A stretch of DNA of 64,000 nucleotides from NCBI RefSeq assembly GCF_009914755.1, contig NC_060946.1; one strand, 5' to 3'. The notes under the pieces were generated by a model. It had not been told where the DNA came from. It saw only the letters and a list, made by a program, of their open reading frames with translations, and made no database searches. Of the stretch, positions 1 to 16,092 are shown one piece after another. Source of the stretch: the human T2T-CHM13v2.0 reference genome, Homo sapiens. A program made the translations under genes and the position numbers. The number at the start of each line of letters is the position of its first letter. The first letter of the stretch is position 1.

Positions 1-144
1 GAAAAATCTCTTTATTTTTCCATCTTTTTTGAAGGCTATTTTTGCTGGATATCAAATTTTAGATAGACAGTTTCTATCTTTTGGCACCTTAAAGATGCTT
101 TTCTGTTGTATTGTTAAAGATCCCTATCTTGTATTGTTTCTTTC

Positions 145-442
145 TTTTGTAGAGACAGCCTCTCTCCCTTTGCCCAGGCTAGTCTTGAACTCTTGGCCTC
201 AAGCAGTCTTCCCACCTAAGCCTCTCAAAGTGGTGTGAGCCACCACAACCAGCCACTCAAAAGCAATTTTTATTAAGAGACTGAAAAAATGCTTTAATGA
301 AAAGTCTTCCAGTAATACTGTAGTATGGATGCTTCATAAAAAAACTTTCCACTACTGTTTCTAAGCTTTACCTTTAGCTTGACAATGTGTATCTTTAAAG
401 CCTTAAAAAATATCCACATACCCTGTGACCCAGCAATTCTTA
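145..442 (-). repeat. Inverted local duplication of 1624-1930 (includes part of an Alu left arm)
   Basis: Reverse complement aligns end to end; 301-420 differs at 7 of 120 positions, and a 56-nt perfect run lies at 366-421. Confidence 0.95.
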
Positions 443-692
443 GCTGGGTGCGGGGGTGTGCACCTCTAGTCCCAGCTACTCTGAGGAGTGAGTTTGGAGG
501 ATTGCTTCAGCCCAGGAATTTGAGACTAGTCTGAGCAAAGTACCAAGACCCTATCTCTAAGAAAAGAAAAGAGAAAAGAAAAGAAGAGAAAAAAAGAAAA
601 AAGAAAAGGAAAGGAAAAGGAAAAGAAAAGAAAAGAGAGAAGAGGAGAGGAGAAAGAGGGAGGGAGAGGAGAGGGGAGGGGAGGGGAGGCGG
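443..692 (+). mobile_element. Alu monomer (FLAM-like) with long purine tail (AAAAG)n/(GGGGA)n
   Basis: gctgggtgcggggg...tagtcccagctac...gaccctatctct followed by an almost pure purine tract 559-692. Confidence 0.75.
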
Positions 693-714
693 GGCACTTC
701 TTCCTATACAGTAT

Positions 715-1020
715 CGTGCCTTGGAAACCCAGCTTCCTCAACCCCTACAAACCCTGAACTCAGGCTCCTCTGATTATTTCGCTCACGGTAGTCTGCATAG
801 GTTATCTCTCCCATGCCATGGTCTGCAAAGTGCCCACGAGCAGAAAGCCAGAGCCTTCAAGGACTCACCTCTTTGGTTCCTTTCTCTCAGAAATCACAGT
901 GCTAACTGTTCTTCACTGCCTGAAGTCATTGTTTCATATGTTTTGTCCAATTTTCTAGTTGTTTATAATGGGAGGGCAAGTCTGGTAGTAGTTGCTTCAT
1001 CGTGGCCTGAAGCAGAAGTT
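715..1020 (-). mobile_element. Old L1M-type 5' region fragment
   Basis: Ends in ...gcttcatcgtggcctgaagcagaagt, resembling antisense 5' ends of ancient L1ME-type elements. Confidence 0.4.
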
Positions 1021-1811
1021 GAGATCTCATTCAATTCCCACTGCTGACCTTTACCTTGCATATCTTTTCTTATAGTAACCATTAAAATTTTTATTTCTGA
1101 ATCACACATACGGTGATTCAGTATTTTGCATTTGCTGGGCTACAAGCAGTTTTTCATTGCTTTTACTCTGTTTGATGGGACTTGAATACAGGTATCTTTA
1201 AAAAAAACCCTTTATTACACAAGTAATAAATATTTATTGTAGACAAATTCAGAACATACACATAGCCCATGATCACTGTAATCCTCTTACGCTGAGATAA
1301 CCACTGTTAACATTTTGATGGCAGTCTTTTGTGTGTGTGTGTGTGTGTATATACACACTTGGAGAAGTTTTTTCATGTCAGTGGATACATACTGCATTGA
1401 GATCAGCTCTGCTCACTCAGTGTGTGCTGTGACTATCTTTCTGTGTCAGTAAGTAGACTTCATATTTAATGGCTGCACTGTTTTTCACTACATAGGTACT
1501 TAATTTCTCATACTGGTTGTAGCTTATTTTCAGTTTTTGATTAGTGTCAACAACATTGCAGTGAATATATTTGTACACCTATGTGTGCACACATCCATAG
1601 TTATTTTATTAGCTAAATTTCCATAAGAATTGCTGGGTCACAGAGTATGTGGATATTTTTTAAGGCTTTAAAGATACACATTGTCAAGCTAAAGGTAAAG
1701 TTTAGATACAGTAGTGGAAACTTCTTTCATGAAGCATCCATACTACTGTACTACTGGAAGACTTTTCATTAAAGGAGTTTTTCAGTTTCTTAATAAAAAT
1801 TATTTATGATT

Positions 1812-2097
<286 letters not shown>

Positions 2098-2149
2098 TTA
2101 TTTATGATTAATCACCAATTAATTACTACTGAGAAGCAGTATCTACTTT

Positions 2150-2777
<628 letters not shown>

Positions 2778-3178
2778 CAATATCTACTTTGCAAATGAAA
2801 GCTTTCATTAAAGGAAGATCTCTCCCTCATCCTGGAAGCTCTAAGATGCTTCTGGTGGGCGAGTGGGTGTTACAGAGCTCTCCAGGTAGCCTTGATAAGC
2901 AGCAAGGTATGGGGACCATTTTTATAGACCGGTGCTTCTGGTCTTTTCCAGCAGGGTGAATGTAATGACCTGAATGTTGGTAAGCAAGCCCACATTAGTC
3001 TGCCACCAGAATAAAATTTCCTGGAAGTCTCCAGTTTTAACTGAGAAATTCCTATAAAATTTATATTCTACTCCATGAAATATTATTTTGTTTTAAAAAT
3101 AATTATTTTATTATTTATATTTAATCCCAAATCTAAGTATATATATATATTTTTTATGATATGAAGAAGCAGGTCTAA

Positions 3179-3809
<631 letters not shown>

Positions 3810-4427
3810 AATTTTTTTTTTTTTAATGGATAACCAGTTGTCCCTAGGGCATTGTATTGCATGATTTATCCTTTCTCCACTAATTCAAAATGCCACATTT
3901 ATTATACATCAGATTTCAATGTATAGTATGCACAGGTTTATTTTTGCATTCTGTTTGATTATAGATTCCTGTATGAGGACTATGCTGTTTTAGTAACTGT
4001 GGCTTTGAAGCACTTTTGTTAAGCAGTTATCTAATCTTATTATGTCACTCTGCTATTTAAACACAACATTAAATCCACATTTCTTATGATAAGATACAGT
4101 GACATTGAGGATTACATCTGCACTCAGCTGCCACTCACCTGTAACCCACTCTTTCCAAATCTGTCCATATCCAACTTCAAATTCTCACAGTTCCCCAAGT
4201 GTTCCTTGCTTTACCAGATGTCCATGGCTTTGTGCAAGTCACTCCCTTGCCTGCCCTCTTATCCTCAGGCAGTTAATTTGCCCTTCAGGATCCAGCTCAG
4301 CCACATCTCTTTTGTGAAGTCTTCTCAAATTCCTGCTAGGCTGCAAAGAACCTGCCTCCTTTGTGCCTTCAGAGTGTTTCATGTATAACTTTCTTTCTTT
4401 TTTGTTTTTTTTTTTTTTCATGTATAA

Positions 4428-4815
<388 letters not shown>

Positions 4816-5094
4816 TAAAACTCTAATTCTTCAATGTATCCAGGGTACATGATATTCCTTTAAGTGTCTGCGTGTTTTTTTTTTTTTTTTTTTTGCACAT
4901 ACTTTTTCCTTGGACTTCATTGCCTAGCAATTTCCTGCTTAAACTTTCAGACTGCTGAGAGGTCACCTCTGGAAGAGCCTTCCCGCCCTTTCGTCTCATC
5001 AGAGTTCCCTGCTTGCTTCCATTGTACCTTGTGCATGTCTCTGCTGAAACGTTTTTCATAATGCTCTATACCATAATATGTATCTGCAAGTTCA

Positions 5095-5345
5095 GTGTTG
5101 TTTAGCGGCATGGCTTTGGAATTAGATAACCTAAGTGCTCAACCTGGCTTTGCCACTTTCCAGCTTTGTCACCTGCAACCAATTATATAATATTTCTAAG
5201 CCTCAGTTTCCTTAGGTACAAAATGTGGATAATAATAGTTCCTCCTTTATAGGGTTCTTGTGAACTAAATGAGACAGTATCTCTGAAACGCTTAGCTCTA
5301 TCCAGCACATAAGTGGCCCTCAATACATACTTCCTATTATTGTAT
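5095..5345 (+). mobile_element. MIR
   Basis: Core motif ctaagcctcagtttccttaggtacaaaatgtggataataatag. Confidence 0.75.
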
Positions 5346-5769
5346 CTTTCTACTCAAGACTTTGGATAAGACTTTCTCTTGTTTATCTCTGAAACTCAAT
5401 ACTTAGCCAAGAGCCTAGCCGCCAGTAGGCTGATGAATAAATTAACAACTGTCCTCAGAACTCTCCTTCCTGTGTCACTTTTCTCGGTGGTGCCATTATT
5501 CTCTTTAGAGTCATCTTTAACTTTGCTTCCCATTCAAAGCAACAACAACAAAATACTGAGTTTTTATCACAAGCTAGCCGCAGTGCGAGGCCCTGGGTGT
5601 ATATATAATGAGAGAAAAAGATGTAGTCTCTATTCATTGATGCTTACAGTAGAGCCGGGGAAGTAGTTGAAAACAAAAATCCTAGAAGTTTTGGGCTCAT
5701 TCTACTGCTTGTTCTACTTTTGTATATGTTAGTAAATTTTCAAAGTGAGTTTTAAATAAATGAATAAGC

Positions 5770-8430
5770 AATTATAAAATGTTATATGCTATGAAGAAAA
5801 TGAATAAAACCTGTGTTATAAACTGTCAGGGAGAACTATTATAGATACAATGGTCAGGAAAGATCTGAGAGTTCACATTTAAGTTTAGACTGGAAATTGA
5901 GAAGGAGCCAGCCAGAGGAGAGGGTGTTTCTGACAGAGGGAATAGCATGTACCAAGCCATAGGAGAGCAAGTCTTAGCATAGTCAAGAAATGGAAAGGTC
6001 ACTGGGGCTGTATTAGAGTGAGGAAGAATGGATAGATGATGTTGGAGAGCAGGTAAACAGAGTCCATGTTGCTTAAGAGCTTGAAGACAAAAAGAACGGG
6101 TTCAGGTTTGATTCCTTTTACAGTATGATGCTGTTGAAGACTTACAGCAGGGAGTAAGCCAGTCTAATTTGCATTTTTACAGGTATGTATCCAAAAGATT
6201 GGAGGAAGACAAGGCTGGGAACAGAGAGACCAATGGGGAAGCTATTGCCATAGTTTAGGGAAGAGATGATAATAGTCAGAGAAATGGAGAACAGTGAAAA
6301 CATTTGGGATGTATTTTGGAGGCAGACTCTGTGGGACTTCCCGGTGGATTAGAAGTGGGAGTGGAGGAAGGCATAGAAATCCAGAATTCTGGCTTGAAAG
6401 CTGTATATTGTGTTATTTACTGAGATTTACTCAAGTAGATGGAATGTTTTGGGGGGAAGTCAAGAGTTAAAATTTGATTATATTAAGTCCGAGATGCTTT
6501 GGGGCACCCAAGTGGGAATATCAAGTTAAGTAATTGAATACAGGAGAACTGGAGTTCCAAGGAAAGTTCCCAACTACAGATATAAATATGAAGGTTTTCA
6601 TTATAAAGACAATAATAAAAGCCATGAGAATGGAGAATATTGTTTAAGGAGAAAGTAAAGAGAAGGGGGTTTGATATTAAGTTCTGAATTACTATTAGCA
6701 TTTAAGGATAGAATCAGAGGAGGATGAAGGAGAGAAGAGGAGTCAAAGACATAGAAGGAAAGCCAGGAGAGTGTGGTGCCCTAGAAGCTGCTGTATCCCT
6801 CACCAATCCCAGGACAGTGACTGGCCAGGACAGTGTTCAGTAATTATTGGTTGAATGAAATCAAAAGGAGATCATTTTAAAAAAGAGGGAATAATTAACT
6901 GAATTGAGTGCTGCTGAAAGGGTTACATGAACTATTCATTGGATTGGCAGCATGGATATTGCTGATGATAGGGGCAGAAGTCATGTCGGAATGGTTTTAA
7001 CAGAGCTTGCATAGGAGGTGAGAAAGTATGAGAAAGATAGCAGGTTCTTAATTCTGATGAAGTTTGGCTGTGAAGGGAGCAGAAAAATGGAGTATTAGCT
7101 GAAGAGTGATACAGAGTCAAAGAATAATTTTTGTTTATCTTTTTAAGATGGGACATACTAGAACATGTATGCACGTGGGGGTGATCCAGGAAACAGTGAG
7201 TGAAGGTTGGTGGAGGAAAAAGGGGAGAATTGCAAGATTGGAGTTTATGAGTAAGAGAGAGGGGATGGGATCAGGAGCATAAGTATTCTTAGAAAGGAGG
7301 AGGGCCACTTCTGTTGAAATAGGGGAAAGAGGGGAAAATTGATGCAGATTCAGGTAGGTTTATACAACTGGTCGTGAGATAGCAGATCGTTGTATTATGG
7401 TATTTTTGTTCTCAATGAAGAGTCATTGACATTAGCTTAAAAGGCAGGGAAGGGTTGGGGAGGAGGGGAAAATAAGTAAGAAATAGCCTTCTTGCAGAGG
7501 GGAGAGTAGGAGAGCCAGCCTGCTAAAGAGATCTAGTTAGACTGCCAATTTAAATTGAGTGCCCATTTGCCTGACCTTTAATTTATGGTAAACCTGCCAA
7601 GTTAAATGCTTTTTCATCAGTATTCTTGGCATGGAGAAGGGAGTTGCTTGAGTTCTGGGATTGTGGAGTTTGAGAGAAGGAGACCTTGGAAGCGAATTGA
7701 AGGTTCTTGCAAGTAAGTGATTATAATGATTAACTATGTAATCTAAGCTAAAGAGAAAAATTAAGTCAGGAGAAGGAAAATGGGGTCAAGGGGTAGAAGG
7801 ACCCATGGCAGTTGAAAAGTTGTTTGCATGGGACGCTTGAGCCAGTGAGCTAAAATAATCACACCGTGAATTGAATTTGGTGACACAAGATGAGCTGAGT
7901 TTGATGATGGTAGAGTGTGAGTGAGGCAGATTGAAGGACAAGGTCCTTCGAGCTGAGCAGTTTCCACAACTGCAAGGCCAGGGTGTTGGGCTAGGTTATG
8001 CATTTGAAGGTTAAAGGTATGTTAACCGTAGTGACTAATTGTGCCAGAGAGTTTAACACTGAGCCAGATGTGCTCAAATGTCAGACGGTGATAAGTGTTC
8101 TGCCAAAAAAATTGAGTTCTGGGACAGAAAGAGGATAGATGGCCTTTTAGACTTGGTGGCCTCTCTGAGGAGGTGCTATTTATGCTCAGATCTGGATGAT
8201 AAAATGATGAGTGGAGAGAATTAATCCAGTCTGAGGGAGCAGTTAATATAAAGGCTCTGAAATAGGTACAAATCCCTCACCTTTGAGGAGAAGGAGGAGG
8301 CTAGGAAGGCTGGAGTTTATTGGGCTGAGAAAGGGTGGGATGAAATGAGGTTAGAGTGCAGTAGGAGTCAGATGACGAAGGGTTTTGAAAGTCATGCTCA
8401 GGAGTTTGGTGCATGTATGTTAATTCTAAG
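5770..8430 (-). mobile_element. L2 fragments
   Basis: Purine-rich degenerate L2 ORF2/3' motifs (gagatgctttggggcacccaagtggg, ctggagttccaaggaaagttc); boundaries approximate. Confidence 0.6.
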
Positions 8431-8437
8431 TGCCTTG

Positions 8438-8780
8438 GTGTGCTAGCCAGCCTCCAAGATGGCCCAGTGGTCCTTGCCTCCTGGTATCATGCCTTTGTGT
8501 AGTCCCCTCTCCTGCTGAACAGGGCTAACCTGTGTAACCACTGGAATATCGTGGCAAGGATGGTTTGTGATTTCTGTTGTTAGGTCATTGCAACTTCTGC
8601 CTCCCTCTTGTAGAGCACTTGCTCTGAGGGAAGTCAGACTGCTGTGTTGTGAGGACATTTCAATAGCCTGTGGAAAGGCTCACATGGAGAGGAACTCCAG
8701 CTAACAGCTACCATGTGAGCACTTTGTTTTGGAAGAAGATCTTCCAGCCTCAGACAAACCTTCAGGTGACTGCAGCCCCT
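8438..8780 (+). mobile_element. MaLR LTR (MLT1E/F-like)
   Basis: tgctagccagcctccaagatggcccagtggtccttgcctcctggtat matches the remembered MLT1F-type 5' end. Confidence 0.75.
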
Positions 8781-9415
8781 CACACGTACATATTTCATTC
8801 ATAAATATCCTGTGCGTCTCTCTAAAAGGCAAGGACTTTTTTAAAAAAAACTTAAGCCTTATACAATTGTCACATCTAAAAATGTAATTCCTTAATATTA
8901 CAAAAAATTCAGAGACTTTAAAAATTTGTTTTAGTTGTTAAATTTGGTTTATTTGCATTAGGATCCAAAAAAAGGGACCAACATAGTATCTGGTTAATGT
9001 TTCCTAAGCTTCTTTATCTGTAGCTTCCCTCACTCTTCTTCCCCTCAATTTATCTTAAAAAGAAACTTGGTTGTTTGTCCTATAGTTTCTTACATTCTGG
9101 ATTTTGCTAATTGTGTCCATTCAGAGTGCAAGGAAGAGTGTTCCTTTACCTTGAATTTTATGTAAACTTGTAGTTATATCCAGAGGAGGCTTGATCTAAT
9201 TCAGATTGGGTTTTTTTGGCAAGAATATTTTATAGGAGGTGGTGTTTACTTCCATCAAGAGGCACATAATAACCAGTTGTTTCATCTAATCTTATTATGA
9301 TGTTAACAGCTATTGAAGAGCAATACTAAGATATGTTAATTAGGGTTTACAAAATGGTAATATCCTAAGTCATTTGTCTTTGTTTGTTAGCTAGAGAAAC
9401 TATTTTTGTTGTTGC

Positions 9416-9455
<40 letters not shown>

Positions 9456-10150
9456 GAGACAGGGTCTTGTTCTATTGTCCAGTCTGTAGTGCAGTGGTAC
9501 AAACATGGCTTATGGCAGCCTAAACCTCCCGGGCTCAGGTGATCCTCCCACCTCAGCCCCTCTAGTAGCTGGTACCACAGGTGCACACCACTATGCCTGG
9601 CTAATTTTTACTTTTTTTGTAGAGACGGGGTCTTGCCATGTTGCCCAGGCTGGTCTTGAGCTCCTGGGCTCAAGCAATTCTACTGCCTTGGCCTCCCAGA
9701 GTGCTGGGATTACAGGCATGAGCCACCATGCTTGGCCAGAAATAGTCTCTTATCCACTCTGTGGTTAATCTGAGGTATATTCCATTTAGGAAAGGCAGAT
9801 TAAATGATTGATTCTTTCTCTTTTTTATCAGTTTTCATAATAATAAATTGATTCCCTAGTATCCTCCAAAAGAGACCAGTAAGGTCTTAAAATATACTTA
9901 TTTCATTATGAACTGATGGATTTCATCATATTTCATAGATGTGAATCCATTGCAATGATTATTTTTTATTGATGCTCAAATGATCCCATCCTTGACTAGT
10001 GAGAGGAGCCCCTTCAAGTTGGTTTCTGAAGACTTTTTATAGTGTCCTTCCTTTTGGTATGATGATATGTTTAGGTTCATCTTATGCATCTTCTGTCTCA
10101 GCCCTCAGTCATTTCTTCAGGGAGCTCTCGTTCTTTTCAGCAGGAAAGGA
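8781..10150 (-). mobile_element. L1MC-type 3' region, interrupted by an AluJ
   Basis: Motifs gcattaggatccaaa, ggcttgatctaattcagatt, atcaagaggcacataat. Confidence 0.55.
9405..9738 (-). mobile_element. AluJ with (GTT)n microsatellite tail (9407-9455)
   Basis: Antisense Alu; tail expanded to about 16 GTT units. Confidence 0.9.
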
Positions 10151-10939
10151 TATATGGAGGCACATTTGGATGCTTGAACAATGGATGACAGACTTTTTAA
10201 TAGATACTTATCAGAATATCTGTAGAGTTCAAAAGATGTCTTCTTTCACCTTGAATTTGAATGGAGAGAAATTCAATTTTTTCTTCTATGAAATATGGAG
10301 TGTTTTCGTTTGTCGTTAGAGAAAAAGGAAAACAAAGGTTTTAGATAGAAATAAAATGAAGCCTTAACTCCCCTTTAAAATTGATTGTCCTCTCTCTGCC
10401 ATACTTTGTTCATCATGTCCAGTGAAGAGAGATGCTAATAAGCTTTTCATATTTCCAGCTACATAAAAACCAGGCAGTGTTTAAAGATTATCATTATAGC
10501 ATTTGTTTGATGTATTTCTTAAGTCTTTTTTTTATCTCCAGGTCCCCCGTCCCTGTAGGCTCCCCTCTCACAGACACAAGCCTTCTTCCTGGCATTTTTA
10601 GGAGGGCCTGGTGTTGTGTTTGGAAAATTTTGCTTTATTATATATCCTCAGCTTATACTGCATCACTAGTGAAAAGCTTAGTTTTGTGTTTGGTGTAAGT
10701 AATGTGTTTCTGGATATTTTTATCATAAAAACTCATTATAGATAAGAGATGGAAATATATCATTAGAATGATTGTATATTTAAATTATGAATCAAGTTAG
10801 AGGAGAATGGAATATTGCCCCCTTATGGGAAGACTCTGGAATGTAGAAATTTTTTTCAGTATGTAACAACTTGGTCCTGCCTTCTTTCCCAGTGTTCAGG
10901 ATCTAATTCAGCCATTTTATACATGATATGTTAAGCTTT

Positions 10940-11420
10940 TCATTAATTCAGTTATTCATTTGACACATACTGAGCACCAGAGTAATACCAGGCATGGTAC
11001 TAGGAAATGAGAATAAAGAAATAAGAAACACACATGCTAAACTGACCATTTTCTAGTGGGAGAAAGACAATTATATATGTAATTCCAAACACTGGTAAGT
11101 GCATTTTAGGAAAAATACAGGGAGCTGTAAGAGTGATTAACTGGGGGGAGCCTGGCTTAGTCTGAGAGGACAGAAAGGCCTTTCTGACAAAGTAACATTT
11201 AAGCAAAGATTTAAAGGAAAAGTAGGCATTGGCCAGGTGATCATTGGGTCCAGAGCCTTCAAGCAAAGGGGCTAGCTATGTGTGAAGGTCCTGAGGGAGG
11301 AAAGAGCTTGAAGCCTTGGGGGACCTGGGAATGCTAGTGAGGCTGGAGACTGAGAGGGAGGCAGGGAATTAGGAGAGGAGCTGGAGATGTAGGCAGGGCC
11401 CTCATCACAGAGGCTGCTGT
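10940..11420 (-). mobile_element. L2 3' end
   Basis: cattaattcagttattcatttgacacatactgagcacc...ccaggcatggtactagg is the antisense L2 3' terminus pattern. Confidence 0.7.
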
Positions 11421-11971
11421 TGGCCTCCATCTCCGTTACAGATGTACAGCGTTTGGTGACCCAGACTAGAGACCAGACATAATACTTTTCAGGACCTCTT
11501 GGTCCTCCTGGGAGATGCTGGGAACTCTGAGTTCAGCTTTTCTCTCCTATTTCTCGAGGGTCCTTTGTTAATAAAGAAATATTTTTAAAATTATTCCTGC
11601 TTACCTTGTACTTAAGAGTGAAAGAAACTTTTAATAAACGGAATTATTTTTGGCTAATCTTCAGAAACCTTCACTCCAAGGATGAACTCATAAAAAGTTG
11701 TACCTTTAAAAGACTTTCCTATCTCGTCTCATCCTCACAGCGACCTTATAAGGTGGATATTTACTATTTTTCACATCATACAGAAAAGAGACTGAAGCTC
11801 TGAAAAATTAGGTAGTTCCTCAAGGCCAGCTAATAGGTGGTGAAGCAGGAACTGGACAGCGGGCCTTCTGACTACAGACCCAGTGGTGTTTGTGCTCTGT
11901 TCTTCCACTTACTATGAATGCAAGAGCTTCTACATATTTTGATCTCAGTATCTGCAACTTATTTATTTTGT

Positions 11972-12147
11972 TTTCTTTGTTGTTGTTGTTGTTTTTGAGA
12001 CAGAGTCTCACACTGTTGCCCAGGCTGGAGTGCAGTGGTGCAGTCTCAGCTTACTGCAACCTCCGCCTCCTAGATTCCAGCAATTCTCCTGCCTCAGCCT
12101 CCTGAGTAGCTGGGATTATAGGCACCTGCCACCATGCCCGGCGGCTA

Positions 12148-12201
<54 letters not shown>

Positions 12202-12321
12202 AGTAGAGACGGGGCTTCACCATGTTGGTCAGGCTGGTCTCTAACTCCTGACCTCAGGTGATCCACCCACCTTGGCCTCCTGAAGTGCTGGGATTACCTG
12301 TGTGAGCCACCTTGCCCAGCC
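11972..12321 (-). mobile_element. AluS with (TG)n expansion in the central linker (12152-12198)
   Basis: Antisense Alu with about 23 TG units between the arms. Confidence 0.9.
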
Positions 12322-12799
12322 AATTTATATTTTTTTAATGGAAGAATAAATCATACAAGCTTAAAAATTATGAGAGAAGGAGGAAGGAAATAGGGTAGAG
12401 GGGACAGGGAGAGAAGCTAGACTGCCTTAAATATGGTTGATAGCTTTTTTAAATGGAAAATGAGAAACAAGTAAACCTAAATTTTAAACCTCACTAATTC
12501 GAACTTTACATTCTTAGTGGGTATATGCCCTGAGAGTGAAAAAAGAACTGCAACAAACAGTAGCAACAACAACAAAGTCCTTCAACTGTACTCATGTGGA
12601 ACATACCAGTGATCTTGTTAGTACTATTTTGAGATTGTTGTTGAGTGTATATTGTCAGAAAAAAACAAATGAGTAATTATGTGGTACTTTATAATTTCCA
12701 CTGTTTTGAGATCCAGATTCCCAACATGGGTGAAAGGAGATACAAATATAAAATAAAAGAGGTTAAATAAAACCCTGTTAACTTGATTTCTTCATAGAC

Positions 12800-13099
12800 T
12801 TTTTTTTTCTTTTTTTTGAGATGAAATCTCACTTTGTCACCCAGGCTGGAGCGCATTGGTGTGATCTTGGCTCACTGCAACCTCCGCCTCCCGTGTTCAA
12901 GCGATTCTCTTGCCTCAGCCTCCCCGGTAGCTGGGATTACAGGCACACACTACCACACCCAGCTAATTTTTTTATTTTTAGTAGAGATGGGGCTTCACCA
13001 TGTTGGCCAGGCTGGTTGTGAACTCCTGACCTCAAATAATCCACCCGCCTCAGCCTCCTAAATTGCTGGGATTACAGGCGTGAGCCACTGCGCCCAGCG
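12800..13099 (-). mobile_element. AluS
   Basis: Full antisense Alu; agactttttttt at both ends. Confidence 0.9.
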
Positions 13100-13109
13100 T
13101 TAAGACTTT

Positions 13110-14215
13110 TTTTTTTAATTGGCAGTTTTAGGGTCACAGTAAAATTAAGCAGAAAGTATAGAGTTATCATATTTGCCTGTTCTGTGTCCCTGCCAGCCTC
13201 CCGCAGTGTCACATCCCACACCAGAAAGGTCTATTTGTTATAAATGATGAACTTATGTTGGTACACCATTATTACTCAAAGTTCATTTGCATTAGGGTCC
13301 GCTCTTGGTGTTGCACATTCTATGGGTTTGGACAAATGTATGATGGCATGTATCCATCATAGAATCATGCAAAGTGGTTTCAGTGCTCTCAATCTTCTCT
13401 GCTCCACCTAGTCATCCCTCCATCTCCCTGTCTTCTGGCAACCACTGATCTTTTTACTGTCTCCGTAGATTTTTCTTTTCCAGATGTTATGTAGTTGGAA
13501 TCACATAGCCTTTTCATGATGGCTTCTTTCACTTGGTAGTATGTATTTTAGGGTTTTTTCACATCTTTTCATGGCTTGATAGCTCATTTCATTTTAGCAT
13601 GAATAATATTCCATTGCCTGGATGTACTCTAGTTTATCCATTCACCTATTGAAGGCCATCTTAGTTGCTTCCAAGTTTCAGTAAATAAAAATAAAGCGGC
13701 TGCAAACACCATGTGTGGGTTTTTGTGTGAACATAAGTTTTCACCTCATTTGACCAAATGTCAAGGAGCACAATTTCTGGATTGAATGGTAAGAGTAAGT
13801 TTAGTTTTGTGAGAAACTACCAAACTTGTCTTGCAAAGTGGCCATACGGTTTTGCATTCCCACCAGCAATGAAGGAGCATTCCTGTTTCTCCATGTCGTT
13901 ACCAGCATTAGGTGGTGTCAGTGTTCTGCATTTTGGGCATCTAATGGGTGTGTAGTGGCATCTCACTGTTTTTTTTTTTTTTAAATTTGTAGTTCCCTAA
14001 TGACATATGATGTTGAGTATCTTTTCGTATCCTTATTTGCCATCTGTATATCTTCTTCAGTGAGGTGTCTGCTCAGGTCTTTTACCATTTTTAATCAGGT
14101 TGTTTATTTTTTATTGCTGAGTTTTAAGAATTCTTTGTATATTTTGGATAACAGTCCTTTATCAGATGTATCTTTGTATTTTCTCCCAGTCTTTGACTTA
14201 TCTTCTCATTCTCTC
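13110..14215 (-). mobile_element. L1MB-type 3' UTR and ORF2 end
   Basis: gcattcccaccagcaatgaagg, gagtatcttttcgtatccttatttgccatctgtatatcttcttc. Confidence 0.8.
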
Positions 14216-14550
14216 GATTAACTTAATTTTGAATTACAAGTTGTGGTATGAATTATTGATATATTTTATCTTAGACAAAAAACACCTCCTAACCCATTCA
14301 ATTGAAAAATCCTATAAACAGTGACCAGTAGCAATGTGTAACCCTAGTCCCCAAATTGTGGTCTTGGAATACCAATTCTCACTAACAGGAAGCAGGGTTA
14401 TTTGGAGAAATCACTGATACAGGAACCGGCTACACCACGTAACAAGGAAGTCATAAAAGACTGTGATCAGGATCACATCAAAAGAACCAAAGAACATACA
14501 AGAGAAGACTCTCTTCATCCAATGATGAGACAATCTGAATACCAATAAAG

Positions 14551-14813
14551 TTTTTTTTATTTTTTTGAGACGGAGTCTCACTCTCTCGCCCAGGCTGGAG
14601 TGCAGTAGCACGATCTTGGCTCACTGCAAGCTTCGCCTCCCGGGTTCACGCCATTCTCCTGCCTCAGCCTCCTGAATAGCTGGGACTACAGGCGCCCGCC
14701 ACCACACCCGCATAATTTTTTTTTTTATTTTAGTAGAGACAGGGTTTCACCGTGTTAGCCAGGATGGTCTCGATCTCCTGACCTCGTGATCCGCCCGCCT
14801 CAGCCTCCCAAAG
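14551..14813 (-). mobile_element. AluY, 5'-truncated
   Basis: CpG-rich; cgggttcacgccattctcc and accgtgttagccaggatggtctcgatctcc; lacks the first ~35 nt. Confidence 0.88.
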
Positions 14814-15687
14814 CATGATGATATTTTTTAAAAAAGCTATTGGATACCACTTGCTAACACTACATTAACCATATACCATCCCTTTCCTATACAAACAGAT
14901 CTGGCTTCTAGAGCTATATAGTAATTTATAAGAATTACAGAGGACAGAGCAGCATATTAGTACCACCATCGGGTACAGTTGGAAAAATCCAGATTATGTG
15001 AAGCTCTGGGGTCTTCAACAAATAAATTGCAAAGAAAAAAAAAAAGCACAGCAAAGCAAAGTCTTGTGTGACATTTACGAGACAGTTGGAAGTTTGAATA
15101 CTGGCTGATTACTTGATGGTATTGGGACTGTTACTAATGTTTTTAAAGTGTAATGATGGTATTATAAATTTTTAACGGTTTTTAAAAATATATTAGAGAT
15201 AGGTATTTACCAGTGTATTTATCAATGAAATGTCCTTGCATTAAAACTAATGTGAAGGCAGGGATACCAATAAGGGATACAGGTGAAAGAGTGTTGGCCG
15301 GGAGTTAACTATTTAAGCTGACGATGGGAACTTGAACGTTCATTATATTATTGTCTACTTCTGTGTCTAGCATTTTTTATAATGAAACTTAAAAAAAAAC
15401 TTTCCTTGAGAATTTATAACCACAAACTGGCCCGTGTATGGGTGTGAGACTTGAATTCATACTATCTGTGCAGTGTAAAATTTAAATTGTTCTTGGGTTA
15501 GTAGTGCCTCCAGGAACCTGCCAGAGAAACATAAATCTTCTCAGGAGAAAAATACACCTTACTTAGGACTCAAATATGTCTCACAAATAAAATTATTCAG
15601 AAGTCGAAAATGAAGAGTCACAAAACACTCAAAACACTGAGCTACAGTGAATGAGTCAGCAGAACCAACAAAAATGATCAGATTTGA

Positions 15688-15981
<294 letters not shown>

Positions 15982-16092
15982 CAGATTTGAAAAGTCTATA
16001 ATATTGTAATTATTGGAAACTGAACATAGAATAAGTATATTTAATATTTTAAGGAAATTGTGTTTTTTTATGGTTTTGGTGATTAATTAATT

